Part shown: positions 37,880 to 51,935 of the stretch, in pieces | Numbering within the stretch: position 1 is the stretch's first letter | Layout of the letters: each line of letters begins with the position of its first letter | NCBI RefSeq assembly: GCF_963921235.1 | Contig: NC_086097.1 | Span: 120,468,001 to 120,532,000, forward strand | Reading direction: 5' to 3' | DNA from: Mobula hypostoma | Taxonomy: Eukaryota | Length of the DNA stretch: 64,000 nucleotides | Translations under genes and position numbers: made by a program | The notes under the pieces: model-generated | Seen by the model: the letters and a program-made list of their open reading frames with translations, nothing else | Database searches by the model: none | What the model was told of the DNA's origin: nothing

Positions 37880-38695
37880 GAATACAGTGTTGGAAAATTT
37901 ATGATAATGCATTCTGATAAAAGGGACAATAGTGTGGATTTTATCTAAATGGGGAGAAGCTTCAAACATCCGGGATTTCAGAGGGATTTACGAGTCCTTA
38001 GGCAAGAATCCCAGAAGGTTAATTTAAACATTGAGTCTGTGGTAAAGAAGGCAAATGCAAAGTTGGCATTTATTTCAAGGGAAATAGAATATTAAAGCAA
38101 GGAGATAATGCTGAGCTTTTATAAGACACTAGTTAGGCTGCACTTGGAGTATTGTCAACAGTTTTAGGCACCATATCTCAGAAACAATGTGTTGCCATTC
38201 AAGAGAGTCCAGAGGAGGTTCACGAAGATGGTTCCAGGAATGAAGGGGTTAACATATGAGGAGTGTTTGGCAGTCTTGGGTCTGTACTCACTGTAATTTA
38301 GAAGAATATGGGTGGATCTCATTGAAACCTACCAAATGTTGAAAGGACTAGATGGGGTTGATGTGGAGAGTATGTTTCCTGTGGTGAGGGTATCCAGAAC
38401 TAGAGGCAGAACCTCACAATTGAAGGACGACCCTTTAGAACAGAGGTAAGGAGGAATTTTTTTAGCCAGAGAGTAGTGAATCTGTGCAATGCTCTGCCAC
38501 AGATTGCAGTGGACGCCAAGCCCGTGCGTATATTTAAGACGGAAGTTGGTCGTTTCCTGATCAGTCAGGGCGTCAAAGTATATGGCAAGAAAGCAGGTGT
38601 ATGGGGTTGAGTGGGATCCAGAATCAGCCACGATGGAATGGCGGAGCAGGTTCGATGGGCTGAATAGCATCATTTTGCTCCTATGTTTTATGATC
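37880..38695 (+). mobile_element. CR1 LINE 3' fragment
   Basis: Closely similar to 41720-42520; VKKANAKLAFISR, LYKTLVR; CR1 tail. Confidence 0.82.
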
Positions 38696-38709
38696 TAAAA
38701 AAGCATAAC

Positions 38710-39400
38710 CTAGATGGTGAGGATCTTTGATGATGAATGCTGATTTTCTACAGTAACGCTTCATGCAGATACTCTCAACGGTTAGGAGAGCTTTACCCAT
38801 GAGGTGCTGGGCCAAGTCCACTACCTTTTGTAGGATTTACCATTCAAAGGCATTGCTGTCTCATACCAGGCTGTGATGCAGCCAGTCTACACACTTTCCA
38901 TCACACACCTATAGAAGTTTGCCAAGGTTTTTGATGACATGCCAAACCTCCACAGACTTCTGAGGAAATAAAGGTGCTGTCATGCTTTCTTCACCATGAT
39001 ATTTATATGATGGGTCTAGGACATGTCCTCTGAGATAGTGACACTCAGGAATTTAAATGTACTGACCCTCTCCACCTCTGATCCTCCGAAGATTATTGGC
39101 TCATGGACCTCTGGTTTCCCTCTTCCTGAAGTCTACAATTGTTCCTTAGTCTAATTGACATTGAGTGAGAGATTGTTGTTATTGCACCACTCAGCCAAGT
39201 TTTCATTCTCACTCCTGTCTGCTGATTCATCATCCCCTTTGATATAGCCCACAACAGTGGTGTCATCAGCAAACTTGTATATGACGTTGGAGGTGTACTT
39301 AGCCACACAGTCATAGGTGTAAAGCAAGTAGAGCAGGGGGCTAAGCACTCATCCCTATGGTGCTTCTGTGCTGACTGGCTGGAGTGTTTATAGATAGCTT
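38710..39400 (-). mobile_element. Rex/Babar-type LINE RT fragment
   Basis: LSPLLYLLYTYDC...IYKFADDTTVVG...WCNNNNLSLNV. Confidence 0.82.
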
Positions 39401-39419
39401 CAGCCTTTTGGTTCATCAG

Positions 39420-40070
39420 TCTGAGGTACCCACATGATACAAACAGGGTTCAATCATACCAGTGTCCAAGAAGAATGTGGAAAACTGCTTCAATGACTGT
39501 CCTGTAGCATGACGTCCTTTAGCTCTTGCATCCAATGTGATGAAGTGCTTTGAGAGGTTGGTCATGGACCATATGAACTCCTGCCTGAGGAGTGAGCTGG
39601 ATCCACTCCATTTTGGCTACCATGATAGCAGGTTAACAGTATATACCATTGCACTGGCCCTTCACTCAACCCTAGAACATCTGGACAGTGAAGATGCATA
39701 CATCAGGATGCTCTTCATTGACTACAGCTCAGCATTCAACAATATCATCCCCACAAAACTAATCACTAAGCTCAAAGACCTACACCCCAATACCTCCCTG
39801 GATCCTCAGTTTCCTCAGTTGCAGACCCCAGTCATTACGGATTGGCAACAACATCTCCACCATGATCTCCATCAGCACAGATGCATCACTAGTCTGTATG
39901 TTTAGCCTCCTACTCTATTCGCTTGATACCAGTGACTGTGTGGCTGAGTACAGCTCCAATGCCATAATTAAGTTAGCTGACGACACCAGTGTTGTTAGCC
40001 AAAGCAAAGGTGGTGACGAATAAACAAATAGGAGGGAGATTGAAAGTCTGGTTGAATGATGCCACAAAGC
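39420..40070 (+). mobile_element. Rex/Babar-type LINE RT fragment
   Basis: MKCFERLV..LDPLHFGY..IRMLFIDYSSAFNNIIP; KLADDT. Confidence 0.82.
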
Positions 40071-40192
40071 TCTGCCTTCTGTCAACTGGATTTTAACTAT
40101 ATTTAAAATGCAAGTGGAATTCAGAGACATTTCATAATATTAAAATAGAAATAAATTATTGCACAAATAAAGATTATTTTATGAAAAATATA

Positions 40193-42898
40193 CACTTAGA
40201 GGCCACTTAATTAGGCACCTCCTTTACCTAACAAATAGACCACTGAGTGTATGTTTGTGATCTTGGGCTGCATTTTAAGATCCATTTTGTTGTGCTTTCA
40301 GAGGTGTTCTCTGCACATCACTGTTGTTATTTCAGTCACTGTTCATGAAGGAATAAAGGCTATTACAGAGACATAAGAAAGGAGCTTGCCCAGGTTGATC
40401 GGAGGAAGATACTGGTGGGGATGACAGCAGGTCAGAGATGGCCAAAGTTTCAGGGAATAGTACACAAGGCACAGGATAGGTATGTCCCACAGAAGAAGTT
40501 GTTCTCAACTGGTAGGGGTAGGCAACTGTGGCTGACAAAGGAAGTTAAGGGCTGCATAATAGCCAAGGAAAGGGCTATATAAGGTAGTAAAAGTAAGTGG
40601 GAAGTTGGATGATTGGGAAGCTTTTAAAATCCAACAAAAGGCAGCTCTCAAAGCTATAAGAAGGGAAAAGATGAGATATGAGGGCAGACTAGCCAATAAT
40701 ATAAAGCAGGATACTGAAAGTTTTCTCAGTTACATAAAGAATAAAAGGAAGGTGGAAGTTGATATCAGACCACTGGAAAATGATGTTGGTGAGGTAGCAA
40801 TGGGGGAGAAAGAATTGGCATATGAACTTAATGGGTACTTTGCATCTGTCTTCACTGTGGAAGACACCAGCAGTGTGCCAGAGGTCTGTGAGACTCAGGG
40901 AGCAGGAGTGACTGCCATTGCTATTACAAAGGAAAATTGCTAGGCAAAATCGAAGATCTTAAGATGTATGAGTCAGATGGACTACATCCCAGAGTCCCAA
41001 GAGAAGGTGCTGAAGAGATAATGAATGCATTGGTCATGATCTTTCAAGAATTACTTGATTCTGGCAGGGTCCCGGAGGACTAGAAGATTGCAAATGTCTC
41101 TCCATTCTTCAAGAAGGAAGGAAGGCAAAAGAAAGGAAATTATAGGCCGGTTGGCCTAACCTCAGTGGTTGTGAAAGTGTTGGAGTCTATTATTAAGGAT
41201 GAGGTTGCGAGGTACTTGGAGATTAATGACAAAATAAGTCAAAATCAGCATGGTTTTATAAAGGGAAATCTTGCCTGAAAAATCTGTTGGAGTTCTTCAA
41301 GGAAGTAACAAACAAGGTGGACAAAGGAGAGGTAGTAGATGTCATTTACTTGGATTTTCAGAAGGCATTTGATAAGGTGCCACATATACAGCTGCTTAAT
41401 AAGATAAAATCCTCTGGCATTACAGGAAAGATACTGGAATGGATGGTGGAATGGCTGACAGCTAGAAGGCAGCAAGTGGGAGTGAAAGAGGATTTTTCTG
41501 GTTGGCTACCGGTAGCTAGTGGTGTTCCTCAGGGGTCAGTATTGGGAACAATGTTTTTCACATTGTTTGTCAGTGATTTAGATAATGGAATTGATGGATT
41601 TGTAGCAAAGTTTGCGAATGATACGATGATAGGTGGAGGGGTTGGCAGTGCTGAGGAAGCAATGTAATTGCAGCAGGGCTTAGACAATTGGAGGAATGGG
41701 CAAAAAAGGTGGCAAATGGGATACAGTGTTGGGAAATGCATGATAATGCAATTTGGTGAAAGGAACAATAGTGCAGACTATTACCTAAATGGGGAGAAGT
41801 TTCAAACAACAAAGTTGCAGAGGGACTTAGGAGTTTTCATGCAAAACTCCCAGAAGGTTAATTTAAATGTGGAGTCTGTGGTAAAGAAGGCAAATGCAAT
41901 ATAGGCATTTATTTCAAGGGGGCTAGAATATTAAAGCAAGGAGATAATGCTGAGCCTTTATAAGACACTAATCAGGCTGCACTTAGAGTATCATCAATAG
42001 TTTTCGTCCCCATATCTCAGAAAGGATGTGCTGTCATTGGAGAGAGTCCAGAGGAGGTTCACAAGGATGATTCTGGGAATGAAGAGGTTAACATATGAGG
42101 AGCGTCTGGCAGCTTTGGGCCTGTACTCACTGGAATTTAGATGAATGCAGGGGATCTCATTGAAACTTACTAAATGTTGAAAGGACTAGATCAGATGGAT
42201 ATGGAGAGGATGGTTCCTGTGGTGGGGGTATCCAGATTTAGAGGGCACAGCCTCAAAATTAAGGGGACATCTTTTAGAACAGAGGTAAGGAGAATTTTTT
42301 TTTAGCCAAAGAGTAGTGAATCTGTGGAATGGTCTGCTACAGACTACAGTGGAGGCCAAGTCTCTGGGTATACTTAGCGCAGAAGTCGATAGTTTCCTGA
42401 TCAGTCAGGGCATCAAAAGATATCAAGTGTTTGGGGTTGAGTGGGATCAGGGATCAGCAATGATGGAATGGCAGAGGAGAGTCGATGGGCTGAATAGCCT
42501 AATTCTGCTCTTATGGTCTTATATTGCCTTCCCGTCAGCTTTAACCTGTCTTGCCATTCTCCTCTGACCTCTCTCATTAACAAGGCATTTTACCCACAGA
42601 ACTACCCCTCACTGGATGTTTTTTTGTCTTTTGCACCACTCTCTGTAAACTCCAAAGACTGTTGGTTGTGAATATCTCAGCACATCAGCGATTTTCGAGT
42701 TGCTCAAATCACTCCATGTGGCACCAACAATCATTCTATGGCCAAAGTCACTTGGATCACATTTCTTCCCCATTCTGATGTTTTAGCATGTCTGCATGCA
42801 TTTATGCATTGAGTTTCTGCCACATGATTGGCTAATGAGATACCTACGTTAATGACCGGCAGGTGTACAAGTGAACCTAATAAAGTGACCACTGAATG
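40193..42898 (-). mobile_element. Non-autonomous Tc1-like element, copy 2, interrupted by CR1
   Basis: TA|CACTTAGAGGCCACTTAATTAGG ... CCTAATAAAGTGACCACTGAATG|TA; inner TIR ends at 40249. Confidence 0.82.
40344..42522 (+). mobile_element. CR1 LINE, 5'-truncated
   Basis: YFASVFTVED, YLDFQKAFDKVPH, SGVPQGSVLG, KFANDT; tail CTCTTATGGTCTTAT. Confidence 0.9.
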
Positions 42899-43274
42899 TA
42901 TAACTAATCGAAACATGGACTATTCTTAAAAATAATAAACAGTATTTAACTAAGTCAAAGTAATTACAATTAAATTACTTTCACCTTTGTCACATAAGTT
43001 ATTAACTTAAAATCCCCATTGAGTTCAACATGCTTTCAGGTGCTACACTATCCGTGAGCTGGTGCAGGATTAATGTGGGGTCCAGTGACAGAAAGTGAGG
43101 TGAGAAATTTAATTAGAGATTTCTATTAATGCCTTCGGGTTCTGTAACAACAGAGTTGAATATCACGTTCTGGTTTAAGATGATGCTGGTGAAACCTCGC
43201 GACTATTTATCAGCAGCAAAGAAAGCAACCAAATGCTTTATTATTTATTAGCACTTTTTTTCTGGGAAACAAAC

Positions 43275-43768
43275 AACGGAGGGGCATGTGGAGGCGAGGC
43301 AGAGTTGAGCTGAGCAGGTGTGAGGTAGAGTTCGGGAGAACAGAGTCAAGTCGGATCCTGGGCCCATCCCTGAGAACAAGGAAAGACCCGATGTTTGGAT
43401 GATTTTAGCAGCGGGCCAAACTGCAAAGATTAGGGTGTCGGGACTGGAGCCAAGAGATGGGCCGGTTCAGCTTGCTGCCCTGCGACGCTTACTTGGCTCT
43501 GCTCTGCGCTGGACCGAGGCTGCAGCTGCTCCAGCTGCCGTGATGCCTGGCTTCGTGTCTGTGGACTCAATTTTGTTCTGAATGCTGTTTGCTTACTTTC
43601 ATTGTTTGCACGACTTGCTGTTTATTTCCTCTGCACGTTGCATGTTTGAAGGTCTTCTTTTTCGTATGGTTTCTTTGTTTTGTTCCTGTCTGCTGTCTGT
43701 AAGGAGATGAATCCCAAGGTTGTATAGTGTAGACATACCTAGATAATAAATGTACTTTGAACTTGAAT
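43275..43768 (+). mobile_element. Non-autonomous retroposon, family B (GC-rich head plus Rex-type tail)
   Basis: 3' end GATAATAAATGTACTTTGAACTTGA matches the Rex-type tails at ~2345-2382 and ~51900; no coding remnant. Confidence 0.6.
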
Positions 43769-44247
43769 ATTTTTGTATCAGTGAGTTGTGGAGTAACAGT
43801 GTATTTACGTAAGAAGTTATTTTCTATTTGAATGGCTGAATGGATTTGATTCCATTTCATTCAACTGATCACTGCCAGCATCATTTGCTCCTTTGTATTC
43901 ATAGAATGGGAACAACTAAATAAAACTAAAAGAAAAATGAACAGTTTTAAATATCGAAACACCATTTCCAAAAGATTTGTCAGCATTATTTCTTTTGGAT
44001 GTTTAAATATTATTATATCATTCATTACATTATTTAAAAAGCTCAAAATGTGATCTTCAACTCTGATGCGAATTTCTTCCATCCGCTAACAATTAGCCAA
44101 ACACAATGTCCTTATTAGCTTGGCCTTATAGATCACGATGTACAAAATCACCTTCTAGAGAGTATTGTGTCATTCACAAGTGATCGCTGAGGATAGAGGC
44201 AATATTCTCCATTTTATTGAGAAGGATCATGTTATCTGCAGGAAAGC

Positions 44248-44496
44248 TGTGTGTGTCTGTATATGGGTGTGTAGTATATGTGAGTGTTTGTACACAAGTG
44301 TGTGTGTGAGGTATGTGCTTACATGTGTGAGTGTGTGTGCAGGTGTGTGTACGTGTAAGCATGCCTGTGTGTGTATGTGTGTGAGAGCGAGTGAGAGAGA
44401 GATGGACAGAAAGTGATTCAGAACTGCACTGTGTGAGTTTGTGTGAAGAAGAAAGTGTGTGTGTGTGTGTGTGTTTATGTGTGAGGTGTGTGTGTG
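44248..44496. repeat. Degenerate (TG)n/(GA)n microsatellite
   Basis: Directly visible dinucleotide tracts. Confidence 0.9.
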
Positions 44497-46190
44497 GCCC
44501 CTTTAGCGCCTCAGCCTGCACCATCACCCCAGACAACACATTCCAGGTACCCACCATATGCCATGTTTAAAAGACAAATTTGCCCTGTACATCTCCTTTG
44601 AAATTACCTCCTCCTAGGTTAAATGCATGAACTCTGGTATTTGACGTTTTAACATTTGGAAAAGACCGTCTACTCTATCTGTGCCTCTCACAATCTTACA
44701 AACCCTCTGTCAGATCTTCCTTCAGCCTCCAACACGCCAGAGAAAACAACCCAGGTTTGTCCATCCTTTCCCTATATGTCATGCCTTCTAATCCAGGCAG
44801 CGTCCTAGTAAACATCTTCTGCATCCTCTCCAATGCCTCGATACCTTCCTATAACGGGGTGTCCACAACTGTATGCAATACTCCCAATGTGACCTAACTG
44901 CAGCTTTGTAATGCTGCAACACAACTTACTGTTGAACTCAGCGCCTCGACTAATAAAGACAATCATAACCACATACCCTCTTTATCACTCCATCAATCTG
45001 TGCAGCCACTTTCAGCAGGGGATGAACTTGGCCCCAGAATCGAAGTTCAAAGTAAAATTTATTATCAGGGTACGTGCATGTCACCACACACAACCCTGAG
45101 CTTCTTTCTCTGTGGACATACTTAGCAAATCTATAGAACGGTAACTGTAAACATCAGGAACTGTTAACTTTAAACAAATTGTGTAAATCCAGATATAAAT
45201 AAATAACAATAAATAATGAGCATGAAATAACAAGGTAACAGAGTCCTTAAAGGAATGTGGCTACCCTCTTTTGTTCAAGAGCCTGATGGTTGAGGAGAGT
45301 AATTATTCTTGAACCTGGTGGTGCGAGTCCTGAGGTACCTGTACCCTCTCCCTGATAGCAGAAGCAAGAAAAAAGCATGGCCTGGGTGGTGAGGATCACT
45401 GATGATGGATACTGCTTTTCTACAGCAACGTTTCATATTGATGTGCTCACTAGTTGGGTTTTACCTGTGAGGTACTGGGCTGAATCCACTACCTTGTGTA
45501 GGATTTTCCACGCAAAGGCATTGGTGTTCCCATCCCAGGCCAGTCAGCACACTTTCCATTGCATCTGTTGGAGTCTGCTAAGGTTATTGATGACAAGCTG
45601 AACCTCCGTAGACTCCTGAGGAAGTAGAGGCACTGTCTTGCTTGCTTTGCAATAATATTTATATGATGGGTCATGACAGGTCCTTTGAGACCCAGGAACT
45701 TAAAGAATTCCTCTACACATCAACTCTGTTAAGGGTGTTACCATTAACACTGATAATGTACGGCCCCTCTGTAGTTGACTTCCTAAAGTACAAAACCTCA
45801 CAGTTGGCATGGTTAAACACCATTTCTCATTTCACTGTCCATATCTGCAACTGATGTATAATCTGCTGCCTCCTTTGTCAGTCTTACAGAGTCAAAAACT
45901 CAGAGAAGTACAGCACAGAAACAGGCCTTTCAACCCATCTGGTCTGTGCCGAGCCATTTCAACTGCCTACTCCTATCGACCTGGAATGGGACCACAGCTC
46001 TCCATATCCCTACCATCCAAACTTCTACTTCTGATGTGCTACCAAACATCTTACATGTTGAAAATGATCTTGCATGCACCATTTGCACTAGCCACACACT
46101 CACCAACTGCTGAGTGAAGACATTTTCCCTTCCACCACCACTAATGTTCATTTTATTTGCAAATTTTGTAACCAATTCATCTATGTTTTC
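44497..46190 (-). mobile_element. Cluster of CR1 fragments with a nested Rex-type LINE (~45040-45705)
   Basis: CR1 C-terminal sequence on both sides; KQARQCLYFLRSLRRF inside the insert. Confidence 0.65.
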
Positions 46191-47309
46191 ATGCAGATCA
46201 GGATCGCCCTGATGAAGGATCTCTGCCTAAAACATTGACTGCTTATTCCTCTCCACAGATGCAGCCTGACCTCCAGTATTGTGTGTGGTGGCAGATTAAT
46301 TGTCATTGCTAAATTACTTGCAATGTAGCTTGATGGCAAAAAGAATCAAAGGAGAATTGAAGGGCATGAGTGAGAGAGAATAGATTTCCTGGGAACCAGC
46401 TTACATCTGATTCTTTCTGTGCTGCTATAATAATAAATAACATGAACATTCTGATAGATTATTACTTCAATGTAACTTGTATTTTTTCCTCTTCTTTTTC
46501 ACTCTCCTATTGTTTTATAAATTCACCTCAGTCCTTTGTGCTGAGCAGTGTGCCTTTATGGAGATAACTTCTATACTGAAGGATTTAATTCAATTCAATG
46601 TTTAATTGAACTTGTCAGTCTCCATTCTCCACTTCAGAGCTGTGAAATTTCAAGCTCGTCTCTGTTTGCTTTGTGCCTTCTCTTCAAGGACGTGTAACAG
46701 ATTGCATCAGGTTTTTCTGTGTGAAACGTATGCTCACCTGGGATGAAGTGAGCTGTGTATCGTCTCAGGACTGACAAGTGGTGGATGGGGTGGGAAATGA
46801 TTGAGACACGAGAACGGTCAGGGTCTGAGAAATGATGATTGGACGATGAGTGACAAAATCCTGGTCGATACAGAGACAAGGGCAGCTGCAAGAGAGTCAG
46901 GAGCAGACTCTTCAAGGTATCCTTCAGTATGCTGACTTAAAGCTGAATACCTGTCATTAGTTTTAATACTTGTCTAGACAGTGGACATCAAAAGAAATAA
47001 GCAATGGCTTCCTTGTGTGCCGAGTTCAGTGCTGATAGAAGATCCCTGGTTTTGGTGAAGGGCCTTAACAATAGGCAACACTTCTGTACCTCACAAGAAG
47101 AACCTTGGCATAAATGCCTGAGCAATGAGTGCACAAGAATAATTGGCTTAAACAAATAAGCAGGAAATGAAAGTTTCTTCTAGGTAAACGGAATAGTACA
47201 TCATCAAGTAGGATCTCAGTATACATTTTCCGTTTTCCTTGTCAGGGAGTTATTGAGCCTAGGAACAGGCCCTTCAACCCAAAACCTGCATACTGACCTT
47301 CAATCACAA

Positions 47310-48170
47310 TCAAAGTGGGTTATAGTCTCATCATGGGCACTAGCCTCCCCAGCACTGAGGGCATCTCGATAGGCGATGCCTCAAGAAGACGACATCAATC
47401 GTTGAGAACTCCCACCATCCAGGTCATGCCCTATTCTCATCATTACCATCAGGGAGGAGGTACTAGAGCTTAAAGATACACACTGAACATCTAGGAAGAA
47501 CTTATTCCCCTGCAGCATCAGATTTCTGAATGTTCCATGAACACCACATCACTATACATACAGCAGATGTGAGAAGAGTCAACCATTGCAAGATGGCCGG
47601 GCTGGGCCAGGCGGTATCCCAAGCCAAGTACTCAGCTACACAGGGAGAGTGTACAGCAGGTCACTGACATCTTTTCAGATATCTTCAATGCTTCACTCAT
47701 CCAGGATCCTGTCCCCTCAAGTTTCAAATCAGCAACCATCGTCCCTGTACCAAAGAGACCATCCTGACAAGCTGCATCACTGCATGGTAGAGAATCTGTG
47801 CTGTGATCGACAGGAAGGCTCTATATTGAATAGTCAAAACTACCACAACGAATCAAAGGCACCAGCTTACCCTCCATCAAGGATATATATATAAAGAAAG
47901 GTGCCAGAAAAGGGCTAATGACATCATGAAGGATCCCACCTGCCTTGCCTATGGACTGTTTGTCCCATTCCCATCAAAGAGAAGGCTACGTAGCAGGCAT
48001 GTCAGTACCACCAGACTCAAAAACAGTTACTTTCCCCAAGCAGTAAGACTAAATCAACACTTCTACCCACTAACCCGCCGCTACTTTATTACCTCCCATC
48101 GCTCACATTATGTACAGACAAGCATCACTTTATAGGCATACAATCAGTCTATGTGTATAAGCTCTCTTAT
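47310..48170 (+). mobile_element. Two or more Rex/Babar-type LINE fragments with deletions
   Basis: HHPGHALFSSLPSGRR; MKDPTCLAYGLFVPFPSKRRLRS..TTRLKNSYFPQAVRL. Confidence 0.7.
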
Positions 48171-48761
48171 GTATTAGAAGAGCATGGATGGAAAATTAAC
48201 TGGGTAACAGAACACAGAAACAAGTAAATTCTAGTTATTTGGTTTTGAGTGAGTTCCCTAGGTGCTGATAATACAACCTCTGCTTTTCTTAAAACAGGTT
48301 GAAGATTTAGACTTGAATATACTGAACAACAGCATAGTGGGCAACAAATAAGATAGGAATAGCCTTCAGGTAGATACTGATGGTTTTAAATGGATAAATA
48401 AGAGATAGATGGAATTTAGTCCCCAGAGATGCAAAGTGCTACATTTTGAAAGGAAGCATTAGAAAAGTTAGTATAAAGGACAAAATTCTAAAAGAGATAC
48501 AAAAACAGAGAAATCGGGGGATACATGTGCTTGATTTGTTGAAGATGGCAGATCATTGGGAAATGGGATCCTTGGATAAATGAAGGTGTATGGTATAAGA
48601 AGTAAGGAATGCTGGTTTTGCCGCAAAAGTACAATCCATCCATTTCTTGGTGTCTGACTTTACAAAAGGTATAAAGACTCTGAGGAGGTTGAGGAAGAAA
48701 TAAAGGTCCCAAGGCCGAAAATTTTAGTTGTGCAATAAGCTACCAAAATAGAGCTGTTTTT

Positions 48762-49444
48762 TAGATTAGATTATGAGGACACTCAGTCCTCATTTATTGT
48801 CATTTAGAAATGTATGCACTAAGAAATGATGCAATGTTCCTCCAGAGTGATATCACAGAAAAACAGGACAGACCAAAGACTAACACTGACAGAACCACAT
48901 AATTATAACATATAGTTACAGCAGTGCAAAGCAATATCATAATTTGATAAAGAGCAGACCATGGGCATGGTTAAAAAAAAAAGTCTCAAAGTCCCGATCA
49001 ACTCCCGATGGTCTCCGATAGCAGTCGGCAAAAGGGAGAAACTCCCTGCCATAAACCTTCAGGTACGGACAACTGCCAATGCATTGGAAGCACCCGACCA
49101 CAGCTGACTCTGAGTCCATCCATCCAAAAACTTCAAGCCTCCGACCAGCCCCTCCGATACAGCCTCCCAAACGCCATCCTCTGCCGAGCACCTTCGACCT
49201 CACCCCAGCTGCCAAAACAAGCAAAGCCGAGGATTCGGGGCCTTCAGCTCCGGAGATTCCGGACCACACAGTAGCAGCGGCAGTGAAGCGGGCATTTCAG
49301 AAGTTTCCCTAGATGTTCCTTTGTACTCTCACGTCTGCCTCCATCAAATCAGAATTGTGCATGGTACCCTACTTGACACGAAACATGTATCATTCACCGG
49401 AGAGGCCGCGTGCGCTGCGTCACGCCGCCATCTTCACCTCCTCC
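48762..49444 (-). mobile_element. Non-autonomous retroposon, family A, copy 2 (includes the 5' end)
   Basis: Reverse complement of 15849-16501; starts GGAGGAGGTGAAGATGGCGGCG; (TAATC)n tail; inserted in a very degenerate CR1. Confidence 0.8.
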
Positions 49445-49949
49445 TTGTTATGTGGAGCTGTTCATGTTGATATAGATGTGGTTTCAAGCTGATCTGATGA
49501 ATGATATAAATTCATGAATGAGAAGTACAGAACAAGTGTTCCAACTGGAAGAGAGGACAGGAACTGGAGAACGTAAGCACATAGGAACAGGATTAGGCCA
49601 TTTTACCCCCAAACCCTGCACCATGCTCATGATTTCATGCTGTTAAAATCATTTCTTCAATTTTGAACCTTATCTGCCTAGAGTAATCTTTCATCCATTT
49701 GCTTATCAAGAATTTACTTCTGCCTTGAGAAAATTCAAAGACTTTGCTTCCACCATCCTATAAGCTAGAGAGTTCTAAAGGCTTGTTGGATTTTAGTTCA
49801 TTTTCTGATCCTTGGGGTTCTTCCAGGAATCAAGTATGATGAGCAGTCTTAATTCCAAGAATTAAGTTTATTTTAGAGAACAAACAAACATACCAATATG
49901 AAGCAAACTAAATAAAGACCTGAGAAACAATGCTAAGATCTGTAAGAAA

Positions 49950-51935
49950 CGCAGTTTACATACCGCCAGTGGCCAATTATAAGCAAGCACTCGGGAAACT
50001 GCATAATGTTATCTGCAAGTAAGAAACAGCCCATCCTAACGCATTTTAAATTATAGTCGGTGATTTTAACCAGGCTTGTTTGAAAAAAAACTCTACCCAG
50101 TTATCACCAGCTTGTAACCTCTTAAACCAGAGGTCCCAACACGCTATACCAATGCTACACTAATGCCTATTGTTCCATCCCAAGTCCGCATCTTGTCAAG
50201 TCAGATCATTCGGCTGTACTCTTACCTGCATACAGACAGAACCTATAGAGCACGGCTCCAGTGATCAAAGCATATAACAGGTGGTCGTGGGAGGCAAAGG
50301 AACAGTTACTGAATTGCCTTCAGTCAGTGCCCTGGGTTGTGTTCGAGAATTCATCTGAGGACCTGCATAACTACACCAGGATCGTAACAGACTTTAGTAA
50401 AACAGCTGTGAATGAGTGTGTCCCCACAAAATTGTTCAGGGTTAACCCCAATCAGAAGCCCTAGATGAACAATGAAATTCCAAATTTGCTGAGAGCCAGA
50501 TCAGAGGCATTCAAGTTTGGAGATCAAGAATGCTACAAAAGATGCATCCAGAAAGTCATCTCATGGGTGAAGTGGATTTTACGGACTAGACTGGGGAATC
50601 CATCAGGAATGCTCGACAGCTGTAGCAGGGTTTGAATGCGACACGGGGCAGCAGAGATTCACTTCCAGTTGAGCTCAATGCCTCCTATGCTTGTCTTGGC
50701 CACCAGATCAGGTAGGAAACATTGCACAACCCCAATTTCTCCCAATGATCCTTTGGTCTCAGTATTTGAAGATGATGTGCAGGCTGCCTTCTAAAGAGTC
50801 AATCCAATAAAAGCATCCAGTCTGGACGAGTACTGAAGACCTGTGTCACCCAGCTGGCTGGTGTATTCAGGGATACCTTCAACCTTTTGCTTTGGCAGTG
50901 TGTGCTGCCCACCTGCTTCAATCAGGCTTCAATTATACTGGTGCCCAAGAAGAGCATGATAACCAGTCTCAATGATTTTCGCCCAGTGTCATTTACAGTG
51001 ATGAAGTGTATTGAGAAGCTGGAGTTGAAGCAAATCAGCTCCTTTCTGAGTGGCGACTTGGATCCACTCCAATTCATCAACAGAAGCAACAGGTCTACAA
51101 CAGATGCCATCTCACTGGCTCTTCACACAACCTGGAACATCCAGAGAGCAAAGATGCATACTTCAGGATGCACTTTATCAATTACAACTCAGCATTTAAT
51201 ACTATCATCTCCCCAAAACTAATCAATATACTCTAAGTCCTGGGCCCCAATACCCCCTTGTGCAATTGGATCCTAGATTTCCTCACTTGTAGACCCCAGT
51301 CAGTTTGGATTGGCAAAAACATCTCCTCAGAAGTCTGTGGGAATGTGCAATGTTATCAAAAACCTTGGCAAGCTTCCATAAATGTGTGGTGGGTAGTGTG
51401 CTGACAGGCTGCATTACAGCCTGCTATGGGAACACCAATGCCTTTCAGTGGAAAATCCTGCAGGAAATAGTGCATTCGGCCCAGTACATCACTGATAAAA
51501 ACCCTCCAACCATTGAGCACATCCACATGAAACGTTGTTGCAGAGAAGCAGTATCCAGCATCAAAGATCCTCACCACCAAGGCTGTGCTCGTTCCTCGCT
51601 GCTGCCATCAGGTAGAAGGTTCAAGAGCCTCAGGACTTGCACCACCAGGTTCAAGAACAGTTACTACCCCTCAACCATCAGGCTCTTGAACAAAGTGCAT
51701 AACTACAATCATTCTTCTTCTGCTGTTCCCACAACTGATGGTCTCACTTTAAGGGCTCTATCTTGCTAGTTCATAATCGTTATTTATTGATATTTATTTA
51801 TATTTCCATTTCCATGTTTACAGTTACTGTTCTATAGATTTGCCAAGTATGTTTGCAGAAGAAATATCTCAGGGTTGTGTGTGGTGACAAGAATATACTC
51901 TGATAATAAATTTTACTTTGAATTTTGGAATTTGA
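49950..51935 (+). mobile_element. Rex/Babar-type LINE with endonuclease and RT remnants, internal deletion near 51328
   Basis: [67 protein letters not shown]; tail ~51900-51935. Confidence 0.85.

Noticed and set aside
38710..40070. Second twin-priming inversion (opposed Rex fragments)
   Set aside because: Both pieces contain the same ADDT region, they are diverged from each other, and I found no enclosing TSD; two separate copies is simpler
44165..44557. Cys/Val- or His/Thr-rich proteins
   Set aside because: Translations of a (TG)n microsatellite
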